64,000 nt of DNA from Rhizobiales bacterium 63-22 (lineage in GTDB: Bacteria; Pseudomonadota; Alphaproteobacteria; Rhizobiales; Rhizobiaceae). Both the position numbers and the translations under genes were made by a program. The notes beneath the pieces were generated by a model, which worked only from the letters and a program-made list of their open reading frames with translations, was not told where the DNA came from and did not search any database. The stretch is taken from the NCBI GenBank assembly GCA_001898995.1, contig MKVZ01000004.1, positions 109,115 to 173,114 on the forward strand. The letters are read 5' to 3'. The number at the start of each line of letters is the position of its first letter. The first letter of the stretch is position 1. This document shows, piece after piece, positions 41,935 through 51,522 of the stretch.

Positions 41935-42006
41935 CCTATTCGCCCGCATCCCGGTTATCAACACCTTCGCGATCACCCATATTGTCAGGGAAAGGAGATT
42001 TCCCTC

Positions 42007-42924
42007 ATGACTGACAACAGGACTGAAAATCTGCCGGAAAACCCGAACGGGCAATCGCCGGTTTCGGCCTCCGCCGCCGGGCGCTTCACATTTCCCGGCA
42101 CATCCATTTCCGTCAACCGCATGGGTTACGGCGCGATGCAGCTTGCCGGTCCGCATGTGTTCGGCGAGCCGCGCGACCCGGACGAGGCGCGCGCCGTGCT
42201 GCGCGAGGCGCTGGCGCTCGGCGTCGATCATATCGACACCAGCGATTTCTACGGTCCCTATGTGACCAACCGGCTCATCCGCGAGACGCTGCACCCCTAC
42301 CCCGCGCATCTGACGCTGGTGACCAAGATCGGCGCATGGCGCGACGACAAGGGCGACTGGCTGCCGGAGCGCAGCCCGGATTTCCTGCGCAAATCCGTCG
42401 AGGACAATCTCGAACGGCTCGGCCTTGACCGCATGGCCATCGTCAACCTGCGCATGTTCACGCCGGAAGACGACATCGCCGCCCCGATGCGGGTCATGCG
42501 GCAGATGCAGGACGAGGGGCTTATCGCCCATATCGGCCTCAGCAATGTCGACGACACGCAATTGCGCGTGGCGCGGGACATCGCGCCGGTGGTCTGCGTG
42601 CAGAACCAGTACAATCTGGTGCATCGCGAGAATGACGGCATGATCGACGGCCTTGCCAGGGACGGCATCGCCTTCGTGCCCTTCTTCCCGCTCGGCGGCT
42701 TCAGCCCGTTGCAGACGGAAGAACTGAACCGTGTCGCCGGGGAAATGCAGGCGACGCCGCAAGGCGTGGCGCTGGCATGGCTGCTCGCGCGCAGCCCCAA
42801 CATCCTGCTGATACCGGGCACGTCGAGGCGTACGCACCTGCGTGAAAACATCGCTGCCGCAAGCCTGATGCTCAGCGCGCCGCACATGGCCCGGCTGAAC
42901 GCCATAGGGCGCCTCTCGACCTGA
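42007..42924 (+). CDS. Aldo/keto reductase
   Basis: MGYGAMQL.GP, IDT.DFYG, VTK.G, IGLSN, VQNQYN, PFFPLGG, LLIPGT...HL.EN. Confidence 0.93.
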   Translation: MTDNRTENLPENPNGQSPVSASAAGRFTFPGTSISVNRMGYGAMQLAGPHVFGEPRDPDEARAVLREALALGVDHIDTSDFYGPYVTNRLIRETLHPYPAHLTLVTKIGAWRDDKGDWLPERSPDFLRKSVEDNLERLGLDRMAIVNLRMFTPEDDIAAPMRVMRQMQDEGLIAHIGLSNVDDTQLRVARDIAPVVCVQNQYNLVHRENDGMIDGLARDGIAFVPFFPLGGFSPLQTEELNRVAGEMQATPQGVALAWLLARSPNILLIPGTSRRTHLRENIAAASLMLSAPHMARLNAIGRLST

Positions 42925-42930
42925 TGGTAT

Positions 42931-42946
42931 CGGGCCGAAAGGCCCG
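42931..42946 (+). terminator. GNRA-capped hairpin after aldo/keto reductase
   Basis: CGGGCC-GAAA-GGCCCG. No strong U run. Confidence 0.45.
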
Positions 42947-42967
42947 TGCCTGAGCCCGCAGCCTGAC

Positions 42968-43078
42968 CGCTCTATTTGTTTTTACGCATTATCCTACGTG
43001 TCGAAGCAGGATTAGAAATCAGTCCAGTGGACTGATTTCCCTGCGGAGGCGCTTCGCACTTTCGCTGGAAATGCTCTA
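42968..43078. repeat. Truncated palindromic repeat copy 7 with a nested ~58-bp palindromic insert
   Basis: Ends match copy 3. The centre is replaced by TGTCGAAGC...GAAATCAGTCCAGTGGACTGATTTC...GCTTCG. Confidence 0.8.
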
Positions 43079-43309
43079 TAGCCCCGGATCTTCCTCCAGC
43101 AGGCCGCTTACGAAATCGAACAGTCCGGGGCGGCGGTCGCGGCGCAGGCGTTCCGCCGTGATGATCGCCTTGATCGCCGCATAGGAGCGGTCGAGGTCCT
43201 CATTGATGACGATATAGTCGTATTCCACCCATTTCCTGATCTCGAAACGGGCATTCTGGAGCCGTGTCTCGATCACGTCCGCCGTGTCCTCGGCGCGGCG
43301 GTTGAGGCG
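43076..43309 (-). pseudogene. gmk: Duplicated 3' 78 codons of gmk (direct repeat of 45787-46020); lies in an open 84-codon ORF 43076-43330
   Basis: Encodes the same 77 aa as the gmk C-terminus. 9 nucleotide differences, all at third codon positions. Confidence 0.9.
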
Positions 43310-43326
43310 GTACATGATCGCGCCAC

Positions 43327-44211
43327 TCACTTAAACGCTTCGATCAGGAAGTCCAGAAAAACCCGAATTTTCGGGGCGATATATTGCCGCGAAGCATAGA
43401 CCGCGTAGAGCGTCGTTTCGACGGTGCTCCAGTCTTCCAAGGCCGGTTGCAACCGGCCATTCCTCAAATCGTTTTCGACATAGGGGCGCGGTATCAGGCT
43501 GACACCGAACCCCGTCCGCAGGGCATCGCGAACGGCAAGGCTGGACGTGACTGAATAGCGTGCCGCGACGGCAATCCGCTCCATGCGTCCGTCCTTGCTG
43601 AACTCCCATGCGTCCGCATGACTGGAAAGGCCGAACCGGATGTGGTCGAGCGCTTTCAGATCGGATGGCGTTTCAGGCACGCCGTGTTTTTGGAAATAGG
43701 ACGGCGCGGCGCAAAGCACATGCGGCATGACCGCCAGTTTTCGCGCGATCAGACTGGAATCTTCAAGATTGTCGCTGCCCCGTATGGCAAGGTCGAACCC
43801 TTCCCGCAGCATATCGACCCGCCGGTCGTCGAGATGCAGATCGAGCCTCAAGTCAGGATAATACGACAGAAATTCGGGGATCGCTTCCGAGAGCCGAGTC
43901 AAGGTGACGGTCATCGGAGCATTGACGCGCAAGGTACCGCTTGGAGCGGCCTTGATTGGACATAGAGCCTGATCCGCTTCGGCGAGTGCATCCAACCCGC
44001 GCGTGACATGCTCCAGATAGAGCCGGCCTTCTTCCGTCAAGGCCATGCGTCGTGTCGTCCGGTTGATGAGGCGCACACCCACATGCGCCTCTAACTCGGC
44101 AATGTTCTTGCTGATCGCGGCAGGGGAAAGCCCAAGCCTTCGCCCGGCCTCGGCAAAACTGTTTCGTTCGGCCACATGACGAAAGACGTTCAAGGCGGTC
44201 AGGCGATCCAT
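43327..44211 (-). CDS. LysR-family transcriptional regulator (DmlR/CrgA-like)
   Basis: [24 protein letters not shown]...SK....LE...[16 protein letters not shown]. Confidence 0.94.
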   Translation of the reverse strand: MDRLTALNVFRHVAERNSFAEAGRRLGLSPAAISKNIAELEAHVGVRLINRTTRRMALTEEGRLYLEHVTRGLDALAEADQALCPIKAAPSGTLRVNAPMTVTLTRLSEAIPEFLSYYPDLRLDLHLDDRRVDMLREGFDLAIRGSDNLEDSSLIARKLAVMPHVLCAAPSYFQKHGVPETPSDLKALDHIRFGLSSHADAWEFSKDGRMERIAVAARYSVTSSLAVRDALRTGFGVSLIPRPYVENDLRNGRLQPALEDWSTVETTLYAVYASRQYIAPKIRVFLDFLIEAFK

Positions 44212-44303
44212 CTTATTATTCTCTATTGGTGAATTATATCTTCCAATTGTTGCATATTATCCCTTTCAAGTGAACGTGCTATCTGGTTCCGACAACAATC
44301 CGT

Positions 44304-44930
44304 TTGGAGCGATACATGACCAACCCAGCCATCTCCGTCATCGAGCAGCGCATATCCGCCAATCTGTTCGACGCATCGCACAATTTGTCGGATGCAGAGA
44401 TCGCAGAACTGGTGCGGCTCGCAACACGCGCACCAACCGCCTACAATCTTCAAAACTGGCGTTTCATTGCGGTCCGTACAGCGGAAGCGAAATCGCGTTT
44501 GCGGGCCTTGGCATGGAACCAGCCCAAGGTCGAGGATGCAGCCGTCACTTTCATCATTTGCGGTGTGTTGCCCGACGCGGAAACTATCCCCGAAAGACTG
44601 CACCCATCGGTCGCAGCCGGATATATGCCGGCGGATATGCCTTCTGCATGGCAGACCGCAGCGAGCGCGCAATATGCCGATCCGCAGGCGGCGCGCGACG
44701 AAGCTGTGCGTTCAGCAACCTTGGGCGCGGCAACATTGCTCCATGCCGCCGAAGCATTTGGCCTCGCCTCCGGCCCGATGGTCGGATTCGACGCCAGGGG
44801 TGTGGCGCGTGCGTTCGGTCTTCAGACGAATGAGATGCCGGTGATGCTCGTTGCGGTTGGCCGCGCCGCACCCGGCAACTGGCCACAAAAGCCGCGTCGC
44901 CCGCTTGCGGAAGTTTTGGAACTCAAATGA
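44304..44930 (+). CDS. Nitroreductase family protein
   Basis: IEQR.S...FD, RAPTAYNLQNWRFIAV, GLASGPMVGFD, MLVAVG, QKPR.P. Confidence 0.92.
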   Translation: MERYMTNPAISVIEQRISANLFDASHNLSDAEIAELVRLATRAPTAYNLQNWRFIAVRTAEAKSRLRALAWNQPKVEDAAVTFIICGVLPDAETIPERLHPSVAAGYMPADMPSAWQTAASAQYADPQAARDEAVRSATLGAATLLHAAEAFGLASGPMVGFDARGVARAFGLQTNEMPVMLVAVGRAAPGNWPQKPRRPLAEVLELK

Positions 44931-45781
44931 CGAAGCGCATATCCGATCTGCTGCTGACAGCGATTGCGCCAGCCATATGGGGCAGCACCTACATTGTCAC
45001 GACCGAATTTCTGCCGGACTTCTCGCCGCTGACCGTGGCCCTATTGCGAGCCTTGCCCGCCGGTCTGCTGCTACTCCTGATCGTGCGTCAGCTTCCATCG
45101 GGAATCTGGTGGCTGCGCATCTTCACACTCGGCGCGCTCAACTTCTCGATTTTTTGGAGCATGTTATTCATTTCGGCCTACCGTCTGCCGGGCGGGGTTG
45201 CGGCGACATTGGGGGCGGTTCAACCGCTAATCGTCATTTTTATTGCCGCAGCCTTGCTTGGCAGAACGATCCGTCTCACATCGGTCCTTGCCGCAATCAT
45301 CGGGCTTACGGGTGTCGCATTGCTGGTGCTGGCACCCAATGCGGCGCTCGATTCCATCGGTGTTGCAGCGGGCCTTGCCGGAGCCATATCCATGGCCTTC
45401 GGAACCGTGCTAACCCGCAAGTGGCAGCCTCCTGTGCCGCTGCTCACCTTTACCGCATGGCAATTAACGGCGGGCGGCATTCTTCTTGTTCCGCTGATCG
45501 TGCTGTCGGAACCGGCCATCCCGCGTCCCTCGACTATCAATCTGTTCGGCCTCGTATGGCTCGGACTGATCGGCGCCGCCCTGACTTATGTTTTATGGTT
45601 CCGGGGTATTGCGCGGATCGAGCCCGCGGCGGTTTCCGTGTTGGGGTTCCTCAGCCCTGCGATTGCCGTACTGCTCGGATGGTTCTTCCTGCATCAATCG
45701 CTAACCCCAGTTCAAATCGTCGGGGTCGTGTTGGTGCTCGCAAGCATCTGGCTCGGTCAACGCACCGACCGCGCTGCCTGA
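44927..45781 (+). CDS. EamA/DMT transporter, PecM-like
   Basis: DLLLTAIAPAIWGSTYIVTTEFLP, LRALPAGLLL, AYRLPGGVAA.LG..QP, KWQPP, 10 TM. ATGA overlap with the nitroreductase. Confidence 0.9.
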   Translation: MTKRISDLLLTAIAPAIWGSTYIVTTEFLPDFSPLTVALLRALPAGLLLLLIVRQLPSGIWWLRIFTLGALNFSIFWSMLFISAYRLPGGVAATLGAVQPLIVIFIAAALLGRTIRLTSVLAAIIGLTGVALLVLAPNAALDSIGVAAGLAGAISMAFGTVLTRKWQPPVPLLTFTAWQLTAGGILLVPLIVLSEPAIPRPSTINLFGLVWLGLIGAALTYVLWFRGIARIEPAAVSVLGFLSPAIAVLLGWFFLHQSLTPVQIVGVVLVLASIWLGQRTDRAA

Positions 45782-45786
45782 TCTCC

Positions 45787-46449
45787 CTACAGCCCCGGAT
45801 CTTCCTCCAGAAGACCGCTCACGAAATCGAACAGGCCGGGGCGGCGGTCGCGGCGCAGGCGTTCAGCCGTGATGATCGCCTTGATCGCCGCATAGGAGCG
45901 GTCGAGGTCCTCGTTTATGACGATATAGTCGTATTCCACCCATTTCCTGATCTCGAAACGGGCATTCTGGAGCCGCGTCTCGATCACGTCCGCCGTGTCC
46001 TCGGCGCGGCGGTTGAGGCGCTGCTGCAATTCGCGCATGGTCGGCGGCAGGATGAAGATCGACACCACGTCGGCGGGCATCTTGGCCTGCAACTGCTCCG
46101 CGCCCTGCCAGTCGATGTCGAACAGCATGTCCTGCCCGTCGGCAAGCGCGTTTTCCGCCGTCTCGCGCAGCGTGCCGTAGAAATTGCCGTGTACCTCGGC
46201 CCATTCGATCAGTTCGTCATTGTCGCGCAGGCGCTCGAACTCGCGGATGGTCTTGAAATGATAATGCACCCCGTCGATCTCGCTCGGCCGGCGCGGACGC
46301 GTGGTCACGCTGACGGAGAGGCCCAGCTTCATCTTCGGGTCTTCCAGCAGCAGCCGGGCGATGGTGGACTTGCCCGCGCCCGACGGCGATGAGATCACCA
46401 CCATCAGGCCCCTGCGCGCGACGCCGTTCTCAACCGAGGAAATGGCCAT
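45787..46449 (-). CDS. gmk: Guanylate kinase
   Basis: [53 protein letters not shown]. Confidence 0.97.
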   Translation of the reverse strand: MAISSVENGVARRGLMVVISSPSGAGKSTIARLLLEDPKMKLGLSVSVTTRPRRPSEIDGVHYHFKTIREFERLRDNDELIEWAEVHGNFYGTLRETAENALADGQDMLFDIDWQGAEQLQAKMPADVVSIFILPPTMRELQQRLNRRAEDTADVIETRLQNARFEIRKWVEYDYIVINEDLDRSYAAIKAIITAERLRRDRRPGLFDFVSGLLEEDPGL

Positions 46450-46457
46450 GCCCGATC

Positions 46458-47393
46458 TTACTCCAGATTCTGTATCTGCTCGCGGAACTGGTCGACCGCG
46501 ACCTTCAGTTCGAGGCCGATGGCCGTGACCGACGCCGCGTTCGACTTGGAGCACAATGTATTCGCTTCACGATTAAATTCCTGTGAAAGAAAATCGAGCT
46601 TGCGCCCCACCGGTCCGCCGGCGGCGAGCAGCCTGCGCGCGGAAGCGACATGGGTGGAAAGCCGGTCCAGCTCTTCCTGAATGTCGGCCTTGGTCGCAAG
46701 AAAGGCGGCTTCCTGATAAAGCCGCCCCTCGTCCAGTTCACGCGTGCCGCCCGCACTGTCGAGCAGCAGCGCCACCTGCGCGCCCAGCCGCGCCCGGATC
46801 GCCTCCAACCCACGCGACGGATCGGCACGCGCGGATTCAGTCAGCCGTTCGATCGTGTCGATATGGGTGGACAGGATGGCGAAAAGTGCCGCGCCCTCCT
46901 GCCGGCGCGCCTCGGCGACGGCTTCCAGCGCGCCCTCGAAGGCCGAAACGACGGCTGCTTCCAGCGCTGCCCGCGCCTCCTCGCTCTCGTCCGCCTGCGT
47001 CTGATCGACGACGCCCCGCAGCGACAGAAGCCCGTCCACGCTCGCCGGCGCGAGGCCGTGGCGGTCCTGCAACTCGGCGGAGAGCCTCAGCACCTCGGCC
47101 AGAACGGCATGGTTGACGGTGAAATTCGCCTCGCCGCCGGCGCGCTCGACGGTGAGCGAGGCCTGAAAATTGCCGCGCGCGAAATGGCGCGCCAGCACCG
47201 AGCGCACCGGATGCTCCACCGCCTCGAATCCCTGCGGCAGGCGCAGGCGCAGATCCAGCCCCTTGCCGTTGACGGAGCGTACTTCCCATGTGATGCGCGC
47301 CTCGCCAATATCCGTTGCACCGGCCTGCGTCTTCCCGGCCGCCTCGTATCGGGCGGCATGGCGCGCAAATCCGGTCATGCTCTGAAGCGTCAT
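46458..47393 (-). CDS. yicC: YicC/YloC-family endoribonuclease
   Basis: [54 protein letters not shown]. Confidence 0.94.
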   Translation of the reverse strand: MTLQSMTGFARHAARYEAAGKTQAGATDIGEARITWEVRSVNGKGLDLRLRLPQGFEAVEHPVRSVLARHFARGNFQASLTVERAGGEANFTVNHAVLAEVLRLSAELQDRHGLAPASVDGLLSLRGVVDQTQADESEEARAALEAAVVSAFEGALEAVAEARRQEGAALFAILSTHIDTIERLTESARADPSRGLEAIRARLGAQVALLLDSAGGTRELDEGRLYQEAAFLATKADIQEELDRLSTHVASARRLLAAGGPVGRKLDFLSQEFNREANTLCSKSNAASVTAIGLELKVAVDQFREQIQNLE

Positions 47394-47427
47394 GCGGTCA
47401 CGTCCCCTCTCGTCTGCCCCTGTGCGT

Positions 47428-48639
47428 TTACTGCGCCGGGGCTGAACCGCTGCCGGGGCCGTCCGTCGATCCGCCGGCGTTGCCCTTCTGCTGCTCCGTC
47501 TCGCGCCATTTGCGCACGTTTTCATTATGCTGCTTCAGCGTCGAGGAAAAGACATGGCCGCCCGTGCCGTCCGCGACGAAATAGAGGTCCTGCGTGTCTA
47601 GCGGATTGGCCACCGCCTCCAACGCCGCCTTGCCCGGATTGGCGATCGGCCCCGGCGGCAGGCCGTTGATGATATAGGTGTTGTAGGGTGTCGGCTTTTC
47701 GATATCCGACTTGAAGATCGGACGGTCGGCGGGCTTGCCCGCGCCGCCGAACAGGCCGTAGATGATGGTCGGGTCGGATTGCAGGCGCATGCCCTTCTTC
47801 AGCCGGTTGAGGAACACCGAAGCCACATGCGGACGCTCGGCGGCAATGCCCGTCTCCTTCTCCACGATGGAGGCCAGCGTCACGAACTGGTTCTCGTCCT
47901 TGAGCGGCAGGCCCGGCTTGCGCGACGCCCACAGTTCGTCCACCAGCTTCTTCTGCGCCGCCATCATGCGCTCGATGATCTCGGTGCGCGGGGTTCCGCG
48001 CGTGAAGTTGAGCGTGTCGGTGAAAAGCGAGCCTTCCGGCGGCATCTCCTTCGGCATGGGGCCGGAGAGCATCGGATCGGCGGCGATGCGGTCGAATATC
48101 TGCTTGACCGTCAGCCCCTCGGGAATGGTCAGCGGATAGACGATGGATTTGCCGCTGATGAGAATATTCATCACCTCGCGCATGGAGGCGCCGGCGGGAA
48201 TGGCGTATTCGCCGGCCTTGAGGTCGTCCTCGTGGCCGAGCGTGCGCACGCCGTAGCGGAAAATGCGCGCGTCGGAGACGATGCCACGGCTTTCGAGACC
48301 GTTGGCGACCTCCGAAATACCCGCGCCGCGCTTGACGAAGAAGGTCGTGGAGGCGGTGAGCGGCCCGTTGGCGTCGAACTGCGCCCGGCCGAAATAGAAC
48401 AGCGCCGACGCCGCCAGCAGCACCAGCACTACCAGCGACAGCACGAAATTCATGAAGACGACAATCTGGCTGTGCGCCTGACGCGAGCGCCGACGCTGCG
48501 AAGAAGCCGGATTCGCCGCCGAATCCTGGGCCGAATTCTGGGCCGAATTCGGCACGGCTTCCGGCGTCACGGGCCCGGTTTTTTCGGCCGCGGGCTGCTC
48601 GCCGGCGGAATTGCTTCCGGTCTGCGCCTGTGAATTCAC
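47428..48639 (-). CDS. mltG: Endolytic murein transglycosylase MltG (YceG)
   Basis: TM anchor, IPEGLT, LASIVEKET, SVFLNRL..GMRLQSDPT, YNTY...GLPPGPIANPG. Confidence 0.94.
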   Translation of the reverse strand: MNSQAQTGSNSAGEQPAAEKTGPVTPEAVPNSAQNSAQDSAANPASSQRRRSRQAHSQIVVFMNFVLSLVVLVLLAASALFYFGRAQFDANGPLTASTTFFVKRGAGISEVANGLESRGIVSDARIFRYGVRTLGHEDDLKAGEYAIPAGASMREVMNILISGKSIVYPLTIPEGLTVKQIFDRIAADPMLSGPMPKEMPPEGSLFTDTLNFTRGTPRTEIIERMMAAQKKLVDELWASRKPGLPLKDENQFVTLASIVEKETGIAAERPHVASVFLNRLKKGMRLQSDPTIIYGLFGGAGKPADRPIFKSDIEKPTPYNTYIINGLPPGPIANPGKAALEAVANPLDTQDLYFVADGTGGHVFSSTLKQHNENVRKWRETEQQKGNAGGSTDGPGSGSAPAQ

Positions 48640-48843
48640 TCAATCACCTCGGTTGTCGCTCGTATGGTTGCCTGTATCACCGTCCCGCACCGCCGAATCC
48701 CAGCCGGCGGGAATCAGTACCACCCTATGCCCCATGACAGAATCTAGACACCGCATCCGGTTTTATTTTGGCAAAAACGCGGAGAAATCCCCCGCGTTTT
48801 GTCTTTTCGGCCATTTCGGCCATTATTGTTTATCCGCGCCGGA

Positions 48844-50103
48844 TCAGGAATAGCGGCGCAGCACCAGCGAGGCGTTCGTGCCGCCGAAGCCGAAGGAGTT
48901 CGACAGCGCCACGTCGATCTTGCGCGCGCGGGCCTTGTGCGGAACCAGATCGATTTTGGTTTCGACCGCCGGATTGTCGAGATTGAGCGTCGCGGGCGCG
49001 ATATTGTCGCGGATGGCGAGCGTGGAGAAAATCGCTTCCGCCGCGCCCGCCGCACCCAGAAGGTGCCCGATGGACGACTTGGTGGAAGACATGGAGATTT
49101 TCGGCGCCGCATCGCCCACCACGCGCTCGACCGCGCCAAGCTCGACCGTGTCGGCCATGGTGGACGTGCCGTGCGCGTTGATATAGTCGATCTGGTCGGG
49201 CGTGATGCCGGCGCGCTTGATCGCCATTTCCATGCAGCGCTGCGCGCCCTCGCCGTTCTCGCTCGGCGCGGTGATGTGATAGGCGTCGCCGGAAAGGCCG
49301 TAGCCGATCACCTCGGCATAGATCTTCGCGCCGCGCTTCAGCGCGTGCTCCAGTTCCTCCAGCACCACGACGCCGGCGCCCTCGCCCATAACGAAGCCGT
49401 CGCGATCCTGGTCATAGGGACGCGAGGCGGCGGTGGGGTCGTTGTTGCGCTTGGTGGAGAGCGCCTTGCAGGCGGCGAAACCGGCGATGGAAATGCGGCT
49501 CACCGGCGATTCCGTGCCGCCGGCCACCATCACGTCGGCATCGCCGAAAGCGATCAGGCGCGCGGCGTCGCCGATGGCGTGCGCCCCGGTGGAGCAGGCG
49601 GTGACGACCGCATGGTTCGGCCCGCGCAGCTTGTGCTTGATGGAGACATGGCCGGAGGCCAGATTGATGAGACGCCCCGGAATGAAGAAGGGCGAGATAC
49701 GGCGCGGGCCCTTGTCGCGCAGCGTGTAGCCCGCCTCGACAATGCCCTCGATGCCGCCGATGCCCGAACCGATCAGCACGCCGGTGCGAATCTGGTCCTC
49801 GTCGCTCTGGGGATGCCAGTCGGCATCGTCCAGCGCCTCGTCGGCCGCGCCGACCGCATAGATGATGAAGGGATCGACCTTGCGCTGTTCCTTGGGGTCC
49901 ATGTGCAGGTCGGCATTGAAGGTGCCGCCGGTGCCGTCGCCGACCGGAATGCGGCAGGCTATCTGGCAGGCGAGATCGTCGACCTCGAATTCCGTGATGC
50001 GGCGGGCGCCGCTCTGGCCGGCCAGAAGCCGCTTCCACGTCTCCTCCACGCCGCTGGCCAGCGGTGACACCAGCCCCAGACCCGTGATGACGACACGCCT
50101 CAT
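48844..50103 (-). CDS. fabF: 3-oxoacyl-ACP synthase II
   Basis: RRVVITGLG, TACSTG, NAHGTST, KSSIGHLLGAAG, SNSFGFGG.N. Confidence 0.97.
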   Translation of the reverse strand: MRRVVITGLGLVSPLASGVEETWKRLLAGQSGARRITEFEVDDLACQIACRIPVGDGTGGTFNADLHMDPKEQRKVDPFIIYAVGAADEALDDADWHPQSDEDQIRTGVLIGSGIGGIEGIVEAGYTLRDKGPRRISPFFIPGRLINLASGHVSIKHKLRGPNHAVVTACSTGAHAIGDAARLIAFGDADVMVAGGTESPVSRISIAGFAACKALSTKRNNDPTAASRPYDQDRDGFVMGEGAGVVVLEELEHALKRGAKIYAEVIGYGLSGDAYHITAPSENGEGAQRCMEMAIKRAGITPDQIDYINAHGTSTMADTVELGAVERVVGDAAPKISMSSTKSSIGHLLGAAGAAEAIFSTLAIRDNIAPATLNLDNPAVETKIDLVPHKARARKIDVALSNSFGFGGTNASLVLRRYS

Positions 50104-50249
50104 TTCCACCCCTCAGATTCGTTTATATTCTTCGCCGCGCACGCCGAAGAGGGCGGAACATGCGGCAGGTTCGCAGACCGGAAACGGCCACGAACGGGAC
50201 GCCGGAGCGACGGGGCCGGGATCGTTGCGCCCGATCCCCGTCGGGTCGA

Positions 50250-50486
50250 TCAGGCCGAGGCCTTGTCGATGAACTTCACGGCGTCGCCGACCGTGAGGAT
50301 CGTCTCGGCTGCGTCATCGGGAATCTCGACGCCGAATTCTTCTTCGAACGCCATGACCAGTTCGACGGTGTCGAGGCTGTCGGCACCCAGATCATCGATG
50401 AAGCTCGCGCTTTCCGTGACCTTGTCGGGATCCACGCCCAGATGTTCAACAACGATTTTCTTGACGCGCTCTGCGGTATCGCTCAT
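50250..50486 (-). CDS. acpP: Acyl carrier protein
   Basis: [21 protein letters not shown]. Confidence 0.98.
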   Translation of the reverse strand: MSDTAERVKKIVVEHLGVDPDKVTESASFIDDLGADSLDTVELVMAFEEEFGVEIPDDAAETILTVGDAVKFIDKASA

Positions 50487-50758
50487 GTCGGAACCTCGAC
50501 CCTGTGTTTGTTGCTCCGCCTTGGTTAGCGGTATGCATGATTGTAATCAAGTTATAAGACGCCAGCCAAGCCAAGTCCGGGCCCCGCCGGTGGTCGTCCT
50601 GTGGATATCCCTTTCGGAACAGGATCACAGCATTTTTTGGCAAACGCTGCAATTCTCATCGGGCGCATACCATGCTTCTCCGGCAAGGCAAAGCGCAATT
50701 TTCCCCGCAAAAGCCGTGGTTTTGACGTTTCAGTCCCGAAAACCGCCGGCACCCGCGG

Positions 50759-51496
50759 TCAGATCATCGCCATGCCGCCGTTGACGTGCAGGGTCTGGCC
50801 CGTGACATAGGCCGCCTCGTTGCTGGCGAGATAGACCACCGCCGCTGCGATATCGGCGCCCGCGCCCATACGCTTCATGGGGATATTGCCCATGATCGCC
50901 TCTTTCTGCTTCTCGTTCAGCTTGTCGGTCATGGCCGATTCGATGAAGCCGGGGGCGACGCAGTTCACCGTCACGTTGCGGCTGGCGATCTCCTGCGCCA
51001 GCGACTTGGTGAAGCCGATCAGCCCGGCCTTGGAGGCGCAGTAGTTCGCCTGCCCCGGATTGCCGGTGACGCCGACGATGGAGGTGATGTTGATGATGCG
51101 GCCATGCCTGCGGCGCATCATCGGATGGGTCAGCTCGCGCGTCAGGTTGAACACGGAAGTCAGGTTGACGTTCAGCACCGCGTCCCAGTCCTCGTCGCTC
51201 ATGCGCACGAAAAGCCCGTCGCGGGTGATGCCGGCATTGTTGACCAGAATGTCGATGCCGCCCATCTCCTCCTCGGCCTTCTGGCCGAGCGCCTTGACCG
51301 CAACGCGGTCGGAAAGGTCGGCCGGAAAGACGAAGGTGCGGTCGCCCAGTTCGGCGGCGAGGCTTTGCAGCTTTTCCGCGCGGGTGCCGTGCAGGCCGAC
51401 GATCGCGCCCTGCGCGTGCAGCGTGCGGGCGATGGCCTCGCCAAGACCGCCGGTCGCGCCGGTCACGAGTGCCTTGCGGCCAGTCAGATCGAACAT
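50759..51496 (-). CDS. fabG: 3-oxoacyl-ACP reductase
   Basis: TGATGGLG, NNAGITRD, GNPGQANYCASK, APGFI. Confidence 0.97.
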   Translation of the reverse strand: MFDLTGRKALVTGATGGLGEAIARTLHAQGAIVGLHGTRAEKLQSLAAELGDRTFVFPADLSDRVAVKALGQKAEEEMGGIDILVNNAGITRDGLFVRMSDEDWDAVLNVNLTSVFNLTRELTHPMMRRRHGRIINITSIVGVTGNPGQANYCASKAGLIGFTKSLAQEIASRNVTVNCVAPGFIESAMTDKLNEKQKEAIMGNIPMKRMGAGADIAAAVVYLASNEAAYVTGQTLHVNGGMAMI

Positions 51497-51522
51497 GTTG
51501 CTTCCCCTTTTCAGGCCGGTAT

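Larger units (their letters stand above)
43310..45786. mobile_element. Integrase-less insertion cassette bounded by the gmk 3' direct repeats
   Basis: Flanked by 234-bp imperfect direct repeats. Visibly lower GC and more A/T-ending codons than the flanks. Confidence 0.7.

Noticed and set aside
46458-47393. yicC as the island integration site (as for Vibrio MGIs)
   Set aside because: No duplication of the yicC 3' end is present. The duplicated sequence is gmk.
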